This document shows, one piece after another, positions 1 to 9,870 of a DNA stretch of 64,000 bases. The DNA comes from a virus. Position 1 is the first letter of the stretch, and the number at the start of each line of letters is the position of its first letter. The stretch spans positions 224,001-288,000 of IMG/VR virus record IMGVR_UViG_3300010224_000001; one strand, given 5' to 3'. Position numbers and translations under genes: made by a program. The notes beneath the pieces are model-generated. The model was not told the origin of the DNA. It was given only the letters and a program-made list of their open reading frames with translations, and did not search any database.

Positions 1-120
1 GTACGCCACTGCAGCAATTCCGCCTTGAGGTTCCCAGCCGTTTCGAAGGAAGGAATTCACAATACCTTCGAGTTCGGTGAGTGTATCACCGGCAGCAGTC
101 GTGTATTCAAGAACAGCCAT
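1..120 (-). CDS. DUF1737-like small protein (partial, runs off window)
   Basis: ATG at 120; MAVLEYTTAAGDTLTELEGIVNSFLRNGWEPQGG has the VN..L..GW...G pattern. Confidence 0.45.
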   Translation of the reverse strand, partial: MAVLEYTTAAGDTLTELEGIVNSFLRNGWEPQGGIAAVAY

Positions 121-121
121 G

Positions 122-907
122 TTAATTTTCCTTATTATCTTTAGGTGGGTGTTCGGAAATATCACGAACCGCTTTCATGACATCCACTTCTTCTAATGAA
201 ATCTGAGGAAGTAGATCAAAACTGTATTTGATCGCGTGTCCAGATTCATTCAACTTTCGTTGTTTACCACGTTGGAAGGTCAGCACTTTACCAAAGTGTT
301 CATTTACAATGAAAGCAGCACTTACGTAAGTATCGAGAAGATCAGGTTTCTTTTCACCACCGATATCACTTTGCTTAAGATTCACGCCTTTGACGTCGAT
401 AGGTGCAAGCAGGGAGAAATCAGGAGCACCAATTTGCGGAACGAACGTGTCAAACGTGTAGTGATCAGGCACTTTAGGAACACTGAACGCGATGTTTGCA
501 TCACGCGCAAAACTACGCAGGTTGTCAAACAACTTGTCAAACTCGTGATTCTCTCGAGGCGTGTCGACGAAACTGAATGGTTTGAAATCGCCAGGTAGTT
601 CATCATGGACGTCAGCATGAATACTACGCGGATTCATACCGCGTTTACCAAAATCGAAGAACCGATATTCCGTACGTTCACCAGTCGCAATAAGCTTGAA
701 AATATTGGAAGACATAGTTGACATTTCTTCCATGAATTCGCGATAATCATTATCGATATCAGGGAAAGGTACAAATGTCGCCAATGTATAAACTCGCACA
801 GCAAGCATACGTACTTCCTGATCGGTCGGAGCAATACGACGTAATTGTTCTGCTTGACCAAATGCGACCTTGGCAGCATATTCGCGATGTTGTTCTTTGC
901 TTAACAC
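122..907 (-). CDS. hypothetical protein
   Basis: 261 aa ORF, AAGGAG SD. Confidence 0.7.
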   Translation of the reverse strand: MLSKEQHREYAAKVAFGQAEQLRRIAPTDQEVRMLAVRVYTLATFVPFPDIDNDYREFMEEMSTMSSNIFKLIATGERTEYRFFDFGKRGMNPRSIHADVHDELPGDFKPFSFVDTPRENHEFDKLFDNLRSFARDANIAFSVPKVPDHYTFDTFVPQIGAPDFSLLAPIDVKGVNLKQSDIGGEKKPDLLDTYVSAAFIVNEHFGKVLTFQRGKQRKLNESGHAIKYSFDLLPQISLEEVDVMKAVRDISEHPPKDNKEN

Positions 908-945
908 GGAGCACTCCTTTATTAAAGTTGGATTATTGATTCTTA

Positions 946-1278
946 TTAGAGACGCTTTAACAACGCCATAAACAACCTGCTGGGTTCTTTGACCTCTTTG
1001 GTATAATCAGGCTGTTCATCCATTCGAGTGATGTATTGCGGTCCATCAAAGAAATGTGGACGAATTGGACTAAGGCCATGCAAATCGCCCACCATCACAA
1101 CTCTTTGCACATCTTTAAGTGGAACCATACTACATCCAGCTTCAATCAAAGCGTCTTTAATCTTACCCGAGACGTTTGGATCTAACCCATTATCGTCGAT
1201 GGCTATTTCTGTCCCTGTAAACTTCTTAGCAAGAACGTCAGCAGCCATTCTAGTAATAAGTTTCTGTCTGTTATTCAT
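946..1278 (-). CDS. hypothetical protein
   Basis: 110 aa ORF coupled to upstream gene. Confidence 0.65.
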   Translation of the reverse strand: MNNRQKLITRMAADVLAKKFTGTEIAIDDNGLDPNVSGKIKDALIEAGCSMVPLKDVQRVVMVGDLHGLSPIRPHFFDGPQYITRMDEQPDYTKEVKEPSRLFMALLKRL

Positions 1279-1828
1279 CAGCTTTTGGTTCAGGAAAGAT
1301 TGCCGAAATCACGGTGGTGATCTTGGTTTTCTCGGGCGGATTCATTGGCTTGGATTTGAGCTTAACTGGAGAATCCTTTGGAGGGCCAGTTAGCCAGTCA
1401 GGACAGGAATCTACTTCAAACATCGTTTTGCAATCTTGATAGCTTTTGATATTGACAGTATCAAAAGCTGGAGCTTCCAAATCGAATGCGATGTGTGTCG
1501 CTTTTAAGTATCGCTCACGCAAGACTGGATTGCTCATGATCAGATGCCAGGTAAGCAGGCTCTTACCGCTGAACAACTGATGATGATCTTCCGGACCAAG
1601 TACCACATCGTCTTTGCCTTCGAAGAGTGCTTTCAATCCAGGACTCATCGCAGGTCGAAAATGCGCCGTTCCTTGCACGTAAAGCTCACCTCGTCTGAAA
1701 CCACCTTCCAACATCTGACTTAAATTAGGAAGGAGGCCAACAGGAAGCTTTTTACTCGCATCACTTTTCAGCTTAGCGATGAGAGCATCCTGGTAAGGAC
1801 GCAACGGAATGACATTATCGTCGCTCAT
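1271..1828 (-). CDS. protein with a degenerate DnaB/RecA-like helicase N-terminal segment
   Basis: LSQMLEGGFRRGELY, SGKS, IAFDLE resemble DnaB motifs; only 185 aa. Confidence 0.4.
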   Translation of the reverse strand: MSDDNVIPLRPYQDALIAKLKSDASKKLPVGLLPNLSQMLEGGFRRGELYVQGTAHFRPAMSPGLKALFEGKDDVVLGPEDHHQLFSGKSLLTWHLIMSNPVLRERYLKATHIAFDLEAPAFDTVNIKSYQDCKTMFEVDSCPDWLTGPPKDSPVKLKSKPMNPPEKTKITTVISAIFPEPKADE

Positions 1829-1830
1829 GA

Positions 1831-2118
1831 TTACTCCTTTCGAGTATAAGAGATTTCGGTGGTGCGAATGGTGAAGTTCTTACCTTTCAGCGGTGCGGAG
1901 AATTCATTATTCTCTTCACGAATCAATGTACGCAACGAATAGAGACAACGCAAACGTGCCAAACATTCGATGTGAATATGTAATTCCGCTGGATCATCAA
2001 TTGAATGGATGGGTGGTTGAATATTCGTGTGATGATAATCGCTCTCATGCAACACTTCACCGCTTTGAATATCAATCGCTTGAAACTTCATTGTTACGTC
2101 GAATCCGGTTGGTGCCAT
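1831..2118 (-). CDS. hypothetical protein
   Basis: 95 aa ORF in tight operon. Confidence 0.6.
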   Translation of the reverse strand: MAPTGFDVTMKFQAIDIQSGEVLHESDYHHTNIQPPIHSIDDPAELHIHIECLARLRCLYSLRTLIREENNEFSAPLKGKNFTIRTTEISYTRKE

Positions 2119-2700
2119 TTACGCTGCCTCCAATTGTTCAGGGATTGCTTTTGCTTCTTGCTTTTCTTGCGCAAGAGTCTGCATCATCTTGATCCGTTCC
2201 AGTGTTTCAAACGGATAGCTCTGCATGTTCTTTTCAATGACGCGCTCGTAATAGTTCTTGACTTCGAAGTTAACATGCTTGAGTTCGAGCAAGTTAAGCT
2301 TATCAGTCAGAAGACTCGTAACGTTCAGAGCTTCAGTAACGTCGTCAAGTTCCATCATACGGAGAATGAATTCACCCGTCAGATGTACCCGGACCATCAT
2401 CGCACCCAAACGGTCCAAACCTGCCGAGAATACTTCTTCCAATTCAGGATTGTATTCGTAGTAGTGCTGAGCAATGTAAAGACCCATGATGATGCGATAG
2501 TGCACAAACATCCAGTCTTTCATATCAGCTTCGCGCGCCCCGAGTTTTACCAGGCAGCTAATTGCATGCTGCGCTTGCCGAGCTTTCTCACGTTGCTCAG
2601 GTGTCGCTGTCTCCACTACTAACGGCTCGCGATGAACCGGTTTAGGGCTCATCACTTTTGCTTTTGTAGTTGGTTTTCGTTTCGATTTGCTTGTCGGCAT
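2119..2700 (-). CDS. hypothetical protein
   Basis: ORF from MPTSKSKRK, downstream of early promoter. Confidence 0.65.
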   Translation of the reverse strand: MPTSKSKRKPTTKAKVMSPKPVHREPLVVETATPEQREKARQAQHAISCLVKLGAREADMKDWMFVHYRIIMGLYIAQHYYEYNPELEEVFSAGLDRLGAMMVRVHLTGEFILRMMELDDVTEALNVTSLLTDKLNLLELKHVNFEVKNYYERVIEKNMQSYPFETLERIKMMQTLAQEKQEAKAIPEQLEAA

Positions 2701-2832
2701 AGTTTCTTTTGATTGAGAGTTTACTTGTTTATTATTAAACAACGAATAGACATGCTTCGCCTACCTTAAAATAAGAGTGAAGAATCTTTTTTTGCTTCTA
2801 CATCAAGATTCATCTTCCTCTTACTCAAGGTA

Positions 2833-2858
2833 GTAATATATGCCCAATTTATTTTACA
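2833..2858 (-). promoter_or_regulatory. phiKZ-type early promoter
   Basis: TGTAAAA-N11-TATATTAC; TATATTAC is the known phiKZ early motif. Confidence 0.65.
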
Positions 2859-2934
2859 AACATAGAAAAAAAAAGAAGACTACGCCACAACTCTACTACG
2901 CTTTTAAGGGCGTAGTAGAGCGTGGTGAAGTTAA

Positions 2935-3327
2935 TTAAACTTCAAGTGGTGTTGTGCTGTGAATGATGGTGGCAATGCTCCAGGTCTGCGAGTTGATATT
3001 GCGTTCCAATTCTTCGTAAGCATCTTGCGGCACTTTACCACGTACGTTCGCCAGGTACTGATGAGCGACTTCAGCGGTAGGACGTGCACCGTTCGATGTG
3101 GCAAACACGTTGGTTTCTTTCACGTGCGGGTATTGCGAGACTTCTTGATTCGTTTCAATGTCCACGACATAGGCTTCCCAGTTAACGGATGCTTTCTGCG
3201 CGACTACCGTTACTGCGGGCACGTTCACGAGTTGGCCCGAACGATCGGACCAGATACGACGGCGAACCACAGGTGCAGCAAACAGAGCGGGGTTGATAGC
3301 AGTAGCATACGAAGCATGTACGTTCAT
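2935..3327 (-). CDS. hypothetical protein
   Basis: 130 aa ORF, GAGG SD. Confidence 0.65.
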   Translation of the reverse strand: MNVHASYATAINPALFAAPVVRRRIWSDRSGQLVNVPAVTVVAQKASVNWEAYVVDIETNQEVSQYPHVKETNVFATSNGARPTAEVAHQYLANVRGKVPQDAYEELERNINSQTWSIATIIHSTTPLEV

Positions 3328-3462
3328 TTAAGTATTTCCTCTTTATTTAAAGCCACGTCTAGGTGTGGACTTTCTTACCATGAAAAGATAAAGTTAGCTG
3401 TTGTATCAGCTGGATGTTTATAGTACTGCAGTCCTGTTCCGGATCCAGGACCTCTTGGTTGA

Positions 3463-3870
3463 TTAAGCCATAGCAGCACTGGCTCGTGGGACTCTTGTGT
3501 CAAGATTAAACAACATTAAACTCAACTTGCTCTTCACATAACGACGTGTGGTCGTGCCACAATACGTTAGCTTGCCATATCGACGCACAACGTCAGGCAA
3601 TTGAAGCAGTTGTTCGAATGAATCAATCAGATCAGACAGAGTCGTGTCAGGATCTAATTGAGTAGGGTTAATCTCAGGCGAGAGTTTGAGCCCGAAACGA
3701 TAAAACTTGCTATCCCTGTAAGGAGCAGCAAGCATGAAACCGAAATTATCAACCGCTATTTTCGTAAGCTTGGTTGAAGAGTCGCCGCGCAGTTCTAACA
3801 CGCCAACTGGCGTCTCAATGCTGGCAACAGATGTACTGAAGAACATGATTCTATTCCTATAAAAAGACAT
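3463..3870 (-). CDS. hypothetical protein
   Basis: 135 aa ORF after early promoter. Confidence 0.55.
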   Translation of the reverse strand: MSFYRNRIMFFSTSVASIETPVGVLELRGDSSTKLTKIAVDNFGFMLAAPYRDSKFYRFGLKLSPEINPTQLDPDTTLSDLIDSFEQLLQLPDVVRRYGKLTYCGTTTRRYVKSKLSLMLFNLDTRVPRASAAMA

Positions 3871-3891
3871 TCCTAGTTGCTCACCAGGAGA

Positions 3892-3917
3892 GTGATATAG
3901 GTCTTAAAAACTCTACA
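3892..3917 (-). promoter_or_regulatory. phiKZ-type early promoter
   Basis: TGTAGAG-N11-TATATCAC, same 26-nt spacing as other copies. Confidence 0.6.
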
Positions 3918-3931
3918 TCACTCGGATTGTC

Positions 3932-4459
3932 TTAATACTTAGGCCCTGCTGTGAGATACTTGGCGGGATTCCAATAACCTGGGTTATCGATGTTGTCGCT
4001 ATAATCCCGAGGAATGTCGTATTGCGATTCAATCAGTAACGGCACAGCATTGCTAAACTTCTTTAAGTCAGTGGTTCTGACTAAGTAAGGCGAGAATGGA
4101 CTAGCCCAACCTCCGATGGTGTATGCCAGCTGTTCATTACCATCGTAAAGTTGGGATTCCAAAAGTTTCTTGTAGACGATGTCGATAAACCCCCTGCATA
4201 ACAAATCTACATGTTCAACTAGAGCCGGATTCTTTTCGATATCGGGAAAGTACTTATCCGCTATCTCAAAAGTCAATGCTTCTACCGCTTCTTTCTTGCA
4301 ATGCGCGTGATGCAAGAAACGTAAAGTATCGACAAAAATCCTTTCTATTTGAATGACTTGTCTACCCATGGTGTACACTGTTAAGAGTCTTGTAAACTCA
4401 GCCAGTGCTTGGGCGATGTCGAGAATAATGACTCGACTTTTGTTATTTGGGTTGTTCAT
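3932..4459 (-). CDS. hypothetical protein
   Basis: 175 aa ORF. Confidence 0.65.
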   Translation of the reverse strand: MNNPNNKSRVIILDIAQALAEFTRLLTVYTMGRQVIQIERIFVDTLRFLHHAHCKKEAVEALTFEIADKYFPDIEKNPALVEHVDLLCRGFIDIVYKKLLESQLYDGNEQLAYTIGGWASPFSPYLVRTTDLKKFSNAVPLLIESQYDIPRDYSDNIDNPGYWNPAKYLTAGPKY

Positions 4460-4940
4460 CGATCGTGTATGACCAGTTCTGATGCTTGTTAATCCTGGCT
4501 GTCCATTTCTCTAAAACGATGTCGTTGAAGTTCTCTGTCTTTACAGGAACAAGAGAATACGGTAAGTATCCTTTCAAAGTGCGCAAACCATACTCTTCAA
4601 TTTGTTCTTGAATGGTTTTTGAAAACGCTCTTGCGATCTCTCTGAAGTTACGTTTATCGTGCAGTTTACATTCTGCATCCACGTTTCCTTCACTGTCAAC
4701 TGACAGAGCATGATAAGGATAAGGTGGCAACCAGAGATTCATATCGGTTTTGATCAGCCAAGTGCGTGCTTTGCGTTCGGATTCACTGTAAATGTAAAGA
4801 GCGTCGATTAACTCGCTTACCTCTTTATTCAAACGACGACGCAGATATAGCTTCGGGCGTTCAGGGAACGATGCTTCAAGAATCTCTAGCATCGCTGGAT
4901 AGTTACCACCCGACGAGAGAACCAGTCTTTGTTTTTCCAT
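4443..4940 (-). CDS. hypothetical protein
   Basis: 165 aa ORF, AAGGAG SD. Confidence 0.65.
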   Translation of the reverse strand: MEKQRLVLSSGGNYPAMLEILEASFPERPKLYLRRRLNKEVSELIDALYIYSESERKARTWLIKTDMNLWLPPYPYHALSVDSEGNVDAECKLHDKRNFREIARAFSKTIQEQIEEYGLRTLKGYLPYSLVPVKTENFNDIVLEKWTARINKHQNWSYTIDEQPK

Positions 4941-5061
4941 AATGCAGTTTTCTCCTTCACTAGATCAGAATGCTAAATATATTTGTGACGAAAAAATTGA
5001 CGTAGAACAAATTCTCAACCATACGGCATAAAGCCAGCCATAAAGGCTGGCCACTATGCTG

Positions 5062-5484
5062 TTATTTACGAGCGATTGGAGCGATTGATAAATCAATAAT
5101 ACGATAGAAGCCATTTAACTGAATCAGGACAGCACGTCTTCCTAATGGCTTATCTTCCCAACCACCACGTACTTGGGCAGGTTTATCATTGTAGACTAAA
5201 CCTTTACAGAGATGTTCAACTAACTCTTCAGCGGATACCGCGGTTTCAATCCAAGGAAACGCCATGATGTCGTAATCACGTAATTGTGACCCATGTGTAC
5301 CAATAGCGTAACCTACTTCTTTTGCCAATGCGCGAATTAAGTGTATGTCGGGATTTTCAGGTTCATCCCAACCAACAGCCACAGTACCGTCGTCACATTG
5401 CCAGCATGGCTTTAATGGAATGCTGTACATCTGCGTACCGTTGCAGACACCACACGGCTTCACCGGATATGGTTTCTTACGCAT
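5062..5484 (-). CDS. hypothetical protein with N-terminal CxxC pairs
   Basis: CGVC and CWQC; HGS..RD.D motif could be nucleotidyltransferase-like. Confidence 0.6.
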   Translation of the reverse strand: MRKKPYPVKPCGVCNGTQMYSIPLKPCWQCDDGTVAVGWDEPENPDIHLIRALAKEVGYAIGTHGSQLRDYDIMAFPWIETAVSAEELVEHLCKGLVYNDKPAQVRGGWEDKPLGRRAVLIQLNGFYRIIDLSIAPIARK

Positions 5485-6019
5485 CGCGCTTTTCCACCTT
5501 GCGCTCTTCAATTACACGCATGATACCAAACGGTCCCCGACCTTCTACGTCGTCTGTGAATTCACCGTTCTTCAGCCAGCCATGATAACCAGGCACAACA
5601 ATCGAAGGCATTGCAGTCAGATTCAAACCTTCGCCTGTAATCTTCCAACCTTCACCATTGGTTGCTACTTGGTCAATAATCCACATGGAACCATTTGGAC
5701 ACATCACACAAATCGGTGGACGTTTATGGGAATGCTCTAACCAATAGAAGCGCGATAACATCGTACCTTTAAACGTGCCATTTTGAATACGTTCTAAAGC
5801 TTTGGTGCGCCGTTCTTCATCATCAGGATTTTGCGGATCAAAGATCCACGGCGTATACCACATCGTACCTGGTTTGATGATCCGTGGATCGTCACGCCAA
5901 AACCCTTTCTCGATCGCTTCTTCATTTAATCGAGAATGCTCTTTATCAGTTAAGAGCGTATGTATTTTCAAAGCCATGATAACTCTCCTGTCCCGTAACA
6001 TAGGATCAGGAGAGGACAT
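5477..6019 (-). CDS. hypothetical protein, DUF6527-like C-terminus
   Basis: LTAMPSIVVPGYHGWLKNG. Confidence 0.5.
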   Translation of the reverse strand: MSSPDPMLRDRRVIMALKIHTLLTDKEHSRLNEEAIEKGFWRDDPRIIKPGTMWYTPWIFDPQNPDDEERRTKALERIQNGTFKGTMLSRFYWLEHSHKRPPICVMCPNGSMWIIDQVATNGEGWKITGEGLNLTAMPSIVVPGYHGWLKNGEFTDDVEGRGPFGIMRVIEERKVEKRDA

Positions 6020-6020
6020 G

Positions 6021-6413
6021 TTACTTCTGGAGTAAGAACGGCTTAAAGTAAGTCTCTAGCCATTCTTGGGGAAAGGGTTCGTCTGGTTTATCAACAGTAA
6101 ATGATTCGATCCACAGTTCGTCATTCTTAGGCGTATTGCGATGTCTGCCGTACAATGAAAGATTTTGATCACCTTCATTGATCTCAACATCAATGTAGTG
6201 TGTATCGTTATCCCAATAGACACCCGGCATATTCTTATCCATAGGACCGAAGTTGCCTTCATCATTACCGTACATGGGAATAGGTACAGATACAGACAAG
6301 CAAATCTTGTTAATGAAGTCTACCATCATCTTGCGTCTTAAATCCGTTAAGGGATAACTGTTCAATTCCTTTAACGTCACTTCTTTCGTACATACACGCT
6401 TTCCTAATGGCAT
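6021..6413 (-). CDS. hypothetical protein
   Basis: 130 aa ORF, AGGAGG SD. Confidence 0.65.
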   Translation of the reverse strand: MPLGKRVCTKEVTLKELNSYPLTDLRRKMMVDFINKICLSVSVPIPMYGNDEGNFGPMDKNMPGVYWDNDTHYIDVEINEGDQNLSLYGRHRNTPKNDELWIESFTVDKPDEPFPQEWLETYFKPFLLQK

Positions 6414-6428
6414 GTTTTCCTCCTAGAC

Positions 6429-6459
6429 GACGTCATAAAGCCAGTCCCGAAGGACTGGC
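6429..6459 (-). terminator. intrinsic terminator with TTTATGACGT tail
   Basis: GCCAGTCC-TTCG-GGACTGGC followed by TTTATGACGTC. Confidence 0.75.
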
Positions 6460-6481
6460 CATCCACACAATCAAAAATAGA

Positions 6482-6765
6482 TTCAACACTAAGAAGGAAT
6501 ATGATTTTAGGTTCCAACGCCTTTTGATCAAAATCTTCTTAATGTTGAAACCTGGAGGAAGTTCCATGAATTTAACAGGAGTCTATCTCATGCTATTTTG
6601 TCTCGACTAATAGATACATAGCGTGTACTAAAAGGATCGAATGAGACGCGATAGGACGAGATTGCTTTAGCACTAAGCTAACTTCCAGTGAAAGGAGCTT
6701 CTATTAACCGCTGCTTGGAATCCAACTTTCAGCCAAAAGTTTAAAGGATTACGATTAATAGAAGC
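6482..6765 (-). ncRNA. candidate structured ncRNA (two long helices)
   Basis: 14-bp helix 6697-6710/6752-6765 and about 15-bp helix 6482-6496/6535-6549; no credible ORF. Confidence 0.4.
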
Positions 6766-6771
6766 GTGATC

Positions 6772-7062
6772 TTAAATTGCTAACAGGCTGAGTAATTTAG
6801 CGAGACGATCGTTCACATTGCAAATGCTAGTATCAAGTCGATTGATGCTCTCACCAAGGGGCGAATACATCGGACGATCTTTAGGCTGCTCTGTCGGCGC
6901 ATCTGTAACATAATCACCAGTCAATACTGGAACCAGACGTCTCTCTAAACGACCGATATTCTCCTGGAGAAGAGAAAGCGAATCACGGGCCAATTGCAAA
7001 CAACCATCGACTTCACTAACACGTACGGGTTCATCTAAGGGAATATCTGAAACACAAGCCAT
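6772..7062 (-). CDS. hypothetical coiled-coil protein
   Basis: 96 aa ORF. Confidence 0.6.
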   Translation of the reverse strand: MACVSDIPLDEPVRVSEVDGCLQLARDSLSLLQENIGRLERRLVPVLTGDYVTDAPTEQPKDRPMYSPLGESINRLDTSICNVNDRLAKLLSLLAI

Positions 7063-7092
7063 ATTCTTTTTCTTTCAAGATATTAAGGAAAA

Positions 7093-7168
<76 letters not shown>

Positions 7169-7175
7169 AAAAACT

Positions 7176-7484
7176 TTACCAGCTAATTACAGTGCAGAGA
7201 ATTCGCGGTAAAGTAGGGAAGAAATTATCACGAATTGTTTTCTCTACAAACGACACTTTGAAACCTAAGTCTTCAAGACGCAACTTAATAGCAATCATTG
7301 TCGTAGTTGCTTGAGGTCTTTCTTCCAACCCGCAACGAGTCGCACCAACACCTTCGGATAAGGTGAGTTCGGTCTTACCTTTTGTAGCGCTTTCTTTAAT
7401 CTTAGCTTCAAGATCCATCATGATGACGGTCAGTTGAACTTCAGATGTGTTCGTTAACTCACGAGCTTGTTTAGCGGTGATCAT
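7176..7484 (-). CDS. hypothetical protein
   Basis: 102 aa, MITAKQAREL start common in phage proteins. Confidence 0.65.
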   Translation of the reverse strand: MITAKQARELTNTSEVQLTVIMMDLEAKIKESATKGKTELTLSEGVGATRCGLEERPQATTTMIAIKLRLEDLGFKVSFVEKTIRDNFFPTLPRILCTVISW

Positions 7485-7504
7485 AATAAAGACTCAAGAA
7501 GAGT

Positions 7505-7581
7505 TGGTCTCCCGAACTGGGTTCGAACCAGTGACCCGCATCTTAGAAGGATGCTGCTCTATCCAACTGAGCTATCGGGAG
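7505..7581 (-). tRNA. tRNA-Arg(TCT)
   Basis: GCATC-CTTCTAA-GATGC anticodon arm, full cloverleaf, ACCA. Confidence 0.95.
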
Positions 7582-7589
7582 ACTGATAC

Positions 7590-7796
7590 TTAATAGTTAG
7601 AGAACTCGTTATACCACTTCTTGATAAGCGGCATTGAATCTTTGATCACGACTACAGCTACAAGGATGTTAACCAGCGGGACCAGAGCAATCACTGCTGT
7701 AACAATCAGCTGAAGTTTATTACGACGGTTGTTCCAATCGAGACCCAGCAGAATCAGAGTAACAACCAGGCAGAACCAATAGATAAAGGCAAGCAT
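7590..7796 (-). CDS. small membrane protein
   Basis: two hydrophobic segments, AAGGA SD. Confidence 0.6.
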   Translation of the reverse strand: MLAFIYWFCLVVTLILLGLDWNNRRNKLQLIVTAVIALVPLVNILVAVVVIKDSMPLIKKWYNEFSNY

Positions 7797-7812
7797 GATT
7801 TCCTTAATGTTT

Positions 7813-8007
7813 TTAATAGTATCGTTTGCTAGACTCAGAAAGCTTTTCAAACAGTCGATCAGTGGTTTCTTGAATACTCATGATCCAGTCTAGAGTGGTT
7901 TGCCGATCAGGTAACGGAATACCCGAATCAACCATCTCGTCGTACAGAGGAATTGCTCTAATCAATCGAGCGAGATTCTTTTGTGCTCTTTCTTTCATAG
8001 ACATCAT
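7813..8007 (-). CDS. hypothetical protein
   Basis: short ORF, GAGG SD. Confidence 0.5.
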   Translation of the reverse strand: MMSMKERAQKNLARLIRAIPLYDEMVDSGIPLPDRQTTLDWIMSIQETTDRLFEKLSESSKRYY

Positions 8008-8034
8008 AAGCTTCCTCTGTACGTAAAACACTTC

Positions 8035-8496
8035 TTAAGCTACGAACGAAGAAGCATGCTTGACTGCTTTAACCGCATCTTCATTTTTAAGCTTTGCCAT
8101 ACCAGCTAAGACTTCACCCAGAGCCGGAATGATTTGTGAATTCTTTTCTGCTGCGCGCACCAAGGCTGATGTGATATCGCCAAACTCTAACGTTATCAGA
8201 GCGGAAGTAGCAATATCTTCATCATTGAGTTCTTTGCCAGGTTCCAAAGAACAGGGGATATTGGTGCCACGCGAAGCAATAGTCTTGCCTGAATCGCTCA
8301 AGATATACACGTTGCCATGCATGAGGTATTCTTCAGGATCTTGCTCGGGATTGTGAATGATGCAAACGTCAAGATTATTCTGATTACGTTTAAACTCGAC
8401 TTTGCCACCATCCGGTAAGCTGATCAACTGAAAACCTTTATAAGGGCTCGAATCAGGCAGACTTTCATTCGACATCAACTTTACAAAACCAGCCAT
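8035..8496 (-). CDS. hypothetical protein
   Basis: start at MAGFVK after AGGAG SD. Confidence 0.65.
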   Translation of the reverse strand: MAGFVKLMSNESLPDSSPYKGFQLISLPDGGKVEFKRNQNNLDVCIIHNPEQDPEEYLMHGNVYILSDSGKTIASRGTNIPCSLEPGKELNDEDIATSALITLEFGDITSALVRAAEKNSQIIPALGEVLAGMAKLKNEDAVKAVKHASSFVA

Positions 8497-8577
8497 GTTA
8501 TTTCTCCTAGTACTAGTAAGTGGTATCTCTACCATGGTGATTTTAAATCTGTTCACCAACAGTGCTACAATGAAACT

Positions 8578-8662
8578 TGGTGGGCAGGGTTGGATTTGAA
8601 CCAACGAACCACGAGGGAGATGATTTACAGTCATCCGGGTTTAACCACTTCCCTACCTGCCC
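8578..8662 (-). tRNA. tRNA-Tyr(GTA)
   Basis: GATGA-CTGTAAA-TCATC, long variable arm, ACCA. Confidence 0.95.
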
Positions 8663-8669
8663 GAAACTT

Positions 8670-8867
8670 CTACTTGAATATCGCTGCGATAATCCAAGCT
8701 ACTAACGCAACAGCCAACGCAGGAATCGTCATGAACATTCTGGTTATACCACCACCCCAACGACCGTTTTCTTTAACAGGCCAATAATTCAACCATAAGA
8801 AAGCAATCACAGTTACTGCGGTAGGAATCATCCACCATGAAATCGATAACTCTAAGTGAATGTTCAT
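8670..8867 (-). CDS. small membrane protein
   Basis: 65 aa, two TM-like segments. Confidence 0.6.
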   Translation of the reverse strand: MNIHLELSISWWMIPTAVTVIAFLWLNYWPVKENGRWGGGITRMFMTIPALAVALVAWIIAAIFK

Positions 8868-8915
8868 TTGGTTATTCCCATAATCTTCAGATGTAAGATG
8901 CGTTGCTAGAATTCT

Positions 8916-8992
8916 TGGCTCCCCGACCTGGACTCGAACCAGGGACCTGCGGATTAACAGTCCGTCGCTACTACCAACTTAGCTATCAGGGA
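8916..8992 (-). tRNA. tRNA-Asn(GTT)
   Basis: CGGA-CTGTTAA-TCCG, G73, CCA. Confidence 0.95.
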
Positions 8993-9091
8993 ATACTACG
9001 GTCACATTGCTGTGAGATCTTTACTACAACTACGGGCTACTCATCACTTATGCATTTAGTATGAAGTATCCTTTATTACTGGAGTAACCTC

Positions 9092-9442
9092 ATGCCTGCT
9101 GCAAAGAAAAAAGATGTTTACATTCGCAACGCTAAAGTAATTCGCGTTGTTGACGGAGATACCGCTGAATTTAATGTCGATCTCGGTTGTGATATCCACA
9201 TTAACATGACTTGCCGTTTCAACGGTATTAATGCACCTGAAGTCAGTACTGACGAAGGCAAAGCTTCTAAGGTTTGGCTGCAGAACAAACTTCCACCAGA
9301 ACTGCCTGTTGTCATTCAAACTGTCGCAGATAAGAAAGAGAAGTACGGTCGATATTTAGCCGACGTTTACTTACCTGGCGCATCTACTAGTATCAATGAC
9401 GAGTTGGTGAATGAAGGTCTTGCCAAACCTTACAAACCTTAA
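9092..9442 (+). CDS. thermonuclease (SNase-like)
   Basis: VIRVVDGDT, RFNGINAPE, KYGRYLA, INDELVNEGLA. Confidence 0.9.
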   Translation: MPAAKKKDVYIRNAKVIRVVDGDTAEFNVDLGCDIHINMTCRFNGINAPEVSTDEGKASKVWLQNKLPPELPVVIQTVADKKEKYGRYLADVYLPGASTSINDELVNEGLAKPYKP

Positions 9443-9501
9443 AGCTACTACATCCCTTTAATCCTGACATGACGTTAGGGTTAGAGGGACTTATGACGTA
9501 T

Positions 9502-9591
9502 TGGCGGAAAGCTTGGGATTCGAACCCAAGGATAGATTGCTCCATCGCCGTCTTAGCAGGACGGTGCTTTAGACCACTCAGCCAGCTTTCC
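9502..9591 (-). tRNA. tRNA-Ser(GCT)
   Basis: CCGTC-CTGCTAA-GACGG, long variable arm, GCCA. Confidence 0.95.
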
Positions 9592-9602
9592 ACATTTACT
9601 AC

Positions 9603-9851
9603 TTAACCATGTGCTATTTTGTTCTGATAATCATTAGAGAACACATGCGGTTCACCAATCGATTTACGAGCCTGTTCAATTAGAGCATCTACGTTATCGT
9701 AATCGATGTAGTAGAAGGTTTGACCGTCTTTAACGCGATGTCGTGGCAACTTCTCTAAGTCTTTACAGAGTTTAATCAACGCGTCTTTAGCTGTAGTATC
9801 TGTAATTGGGAATTGGCCTTCCCCTGCAAAACTATCATTACTGAAACACAT
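9603..9851 (-). CDS. hypothetical protein
   Basis: start at MCFSND after GGAG SD. Confidence 0.55.
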   Translation of the reverse strand: MCFSNDSFAGEGQFPITDTTAKDALIKLCKDLEKLPRHRVKDGQTFYYIDYDNVDALIEQARKSIGEPHVFSNDYQNKIAHG

Positions 9852-9870
9852 GACTTCTCCGTAAAGTGTT

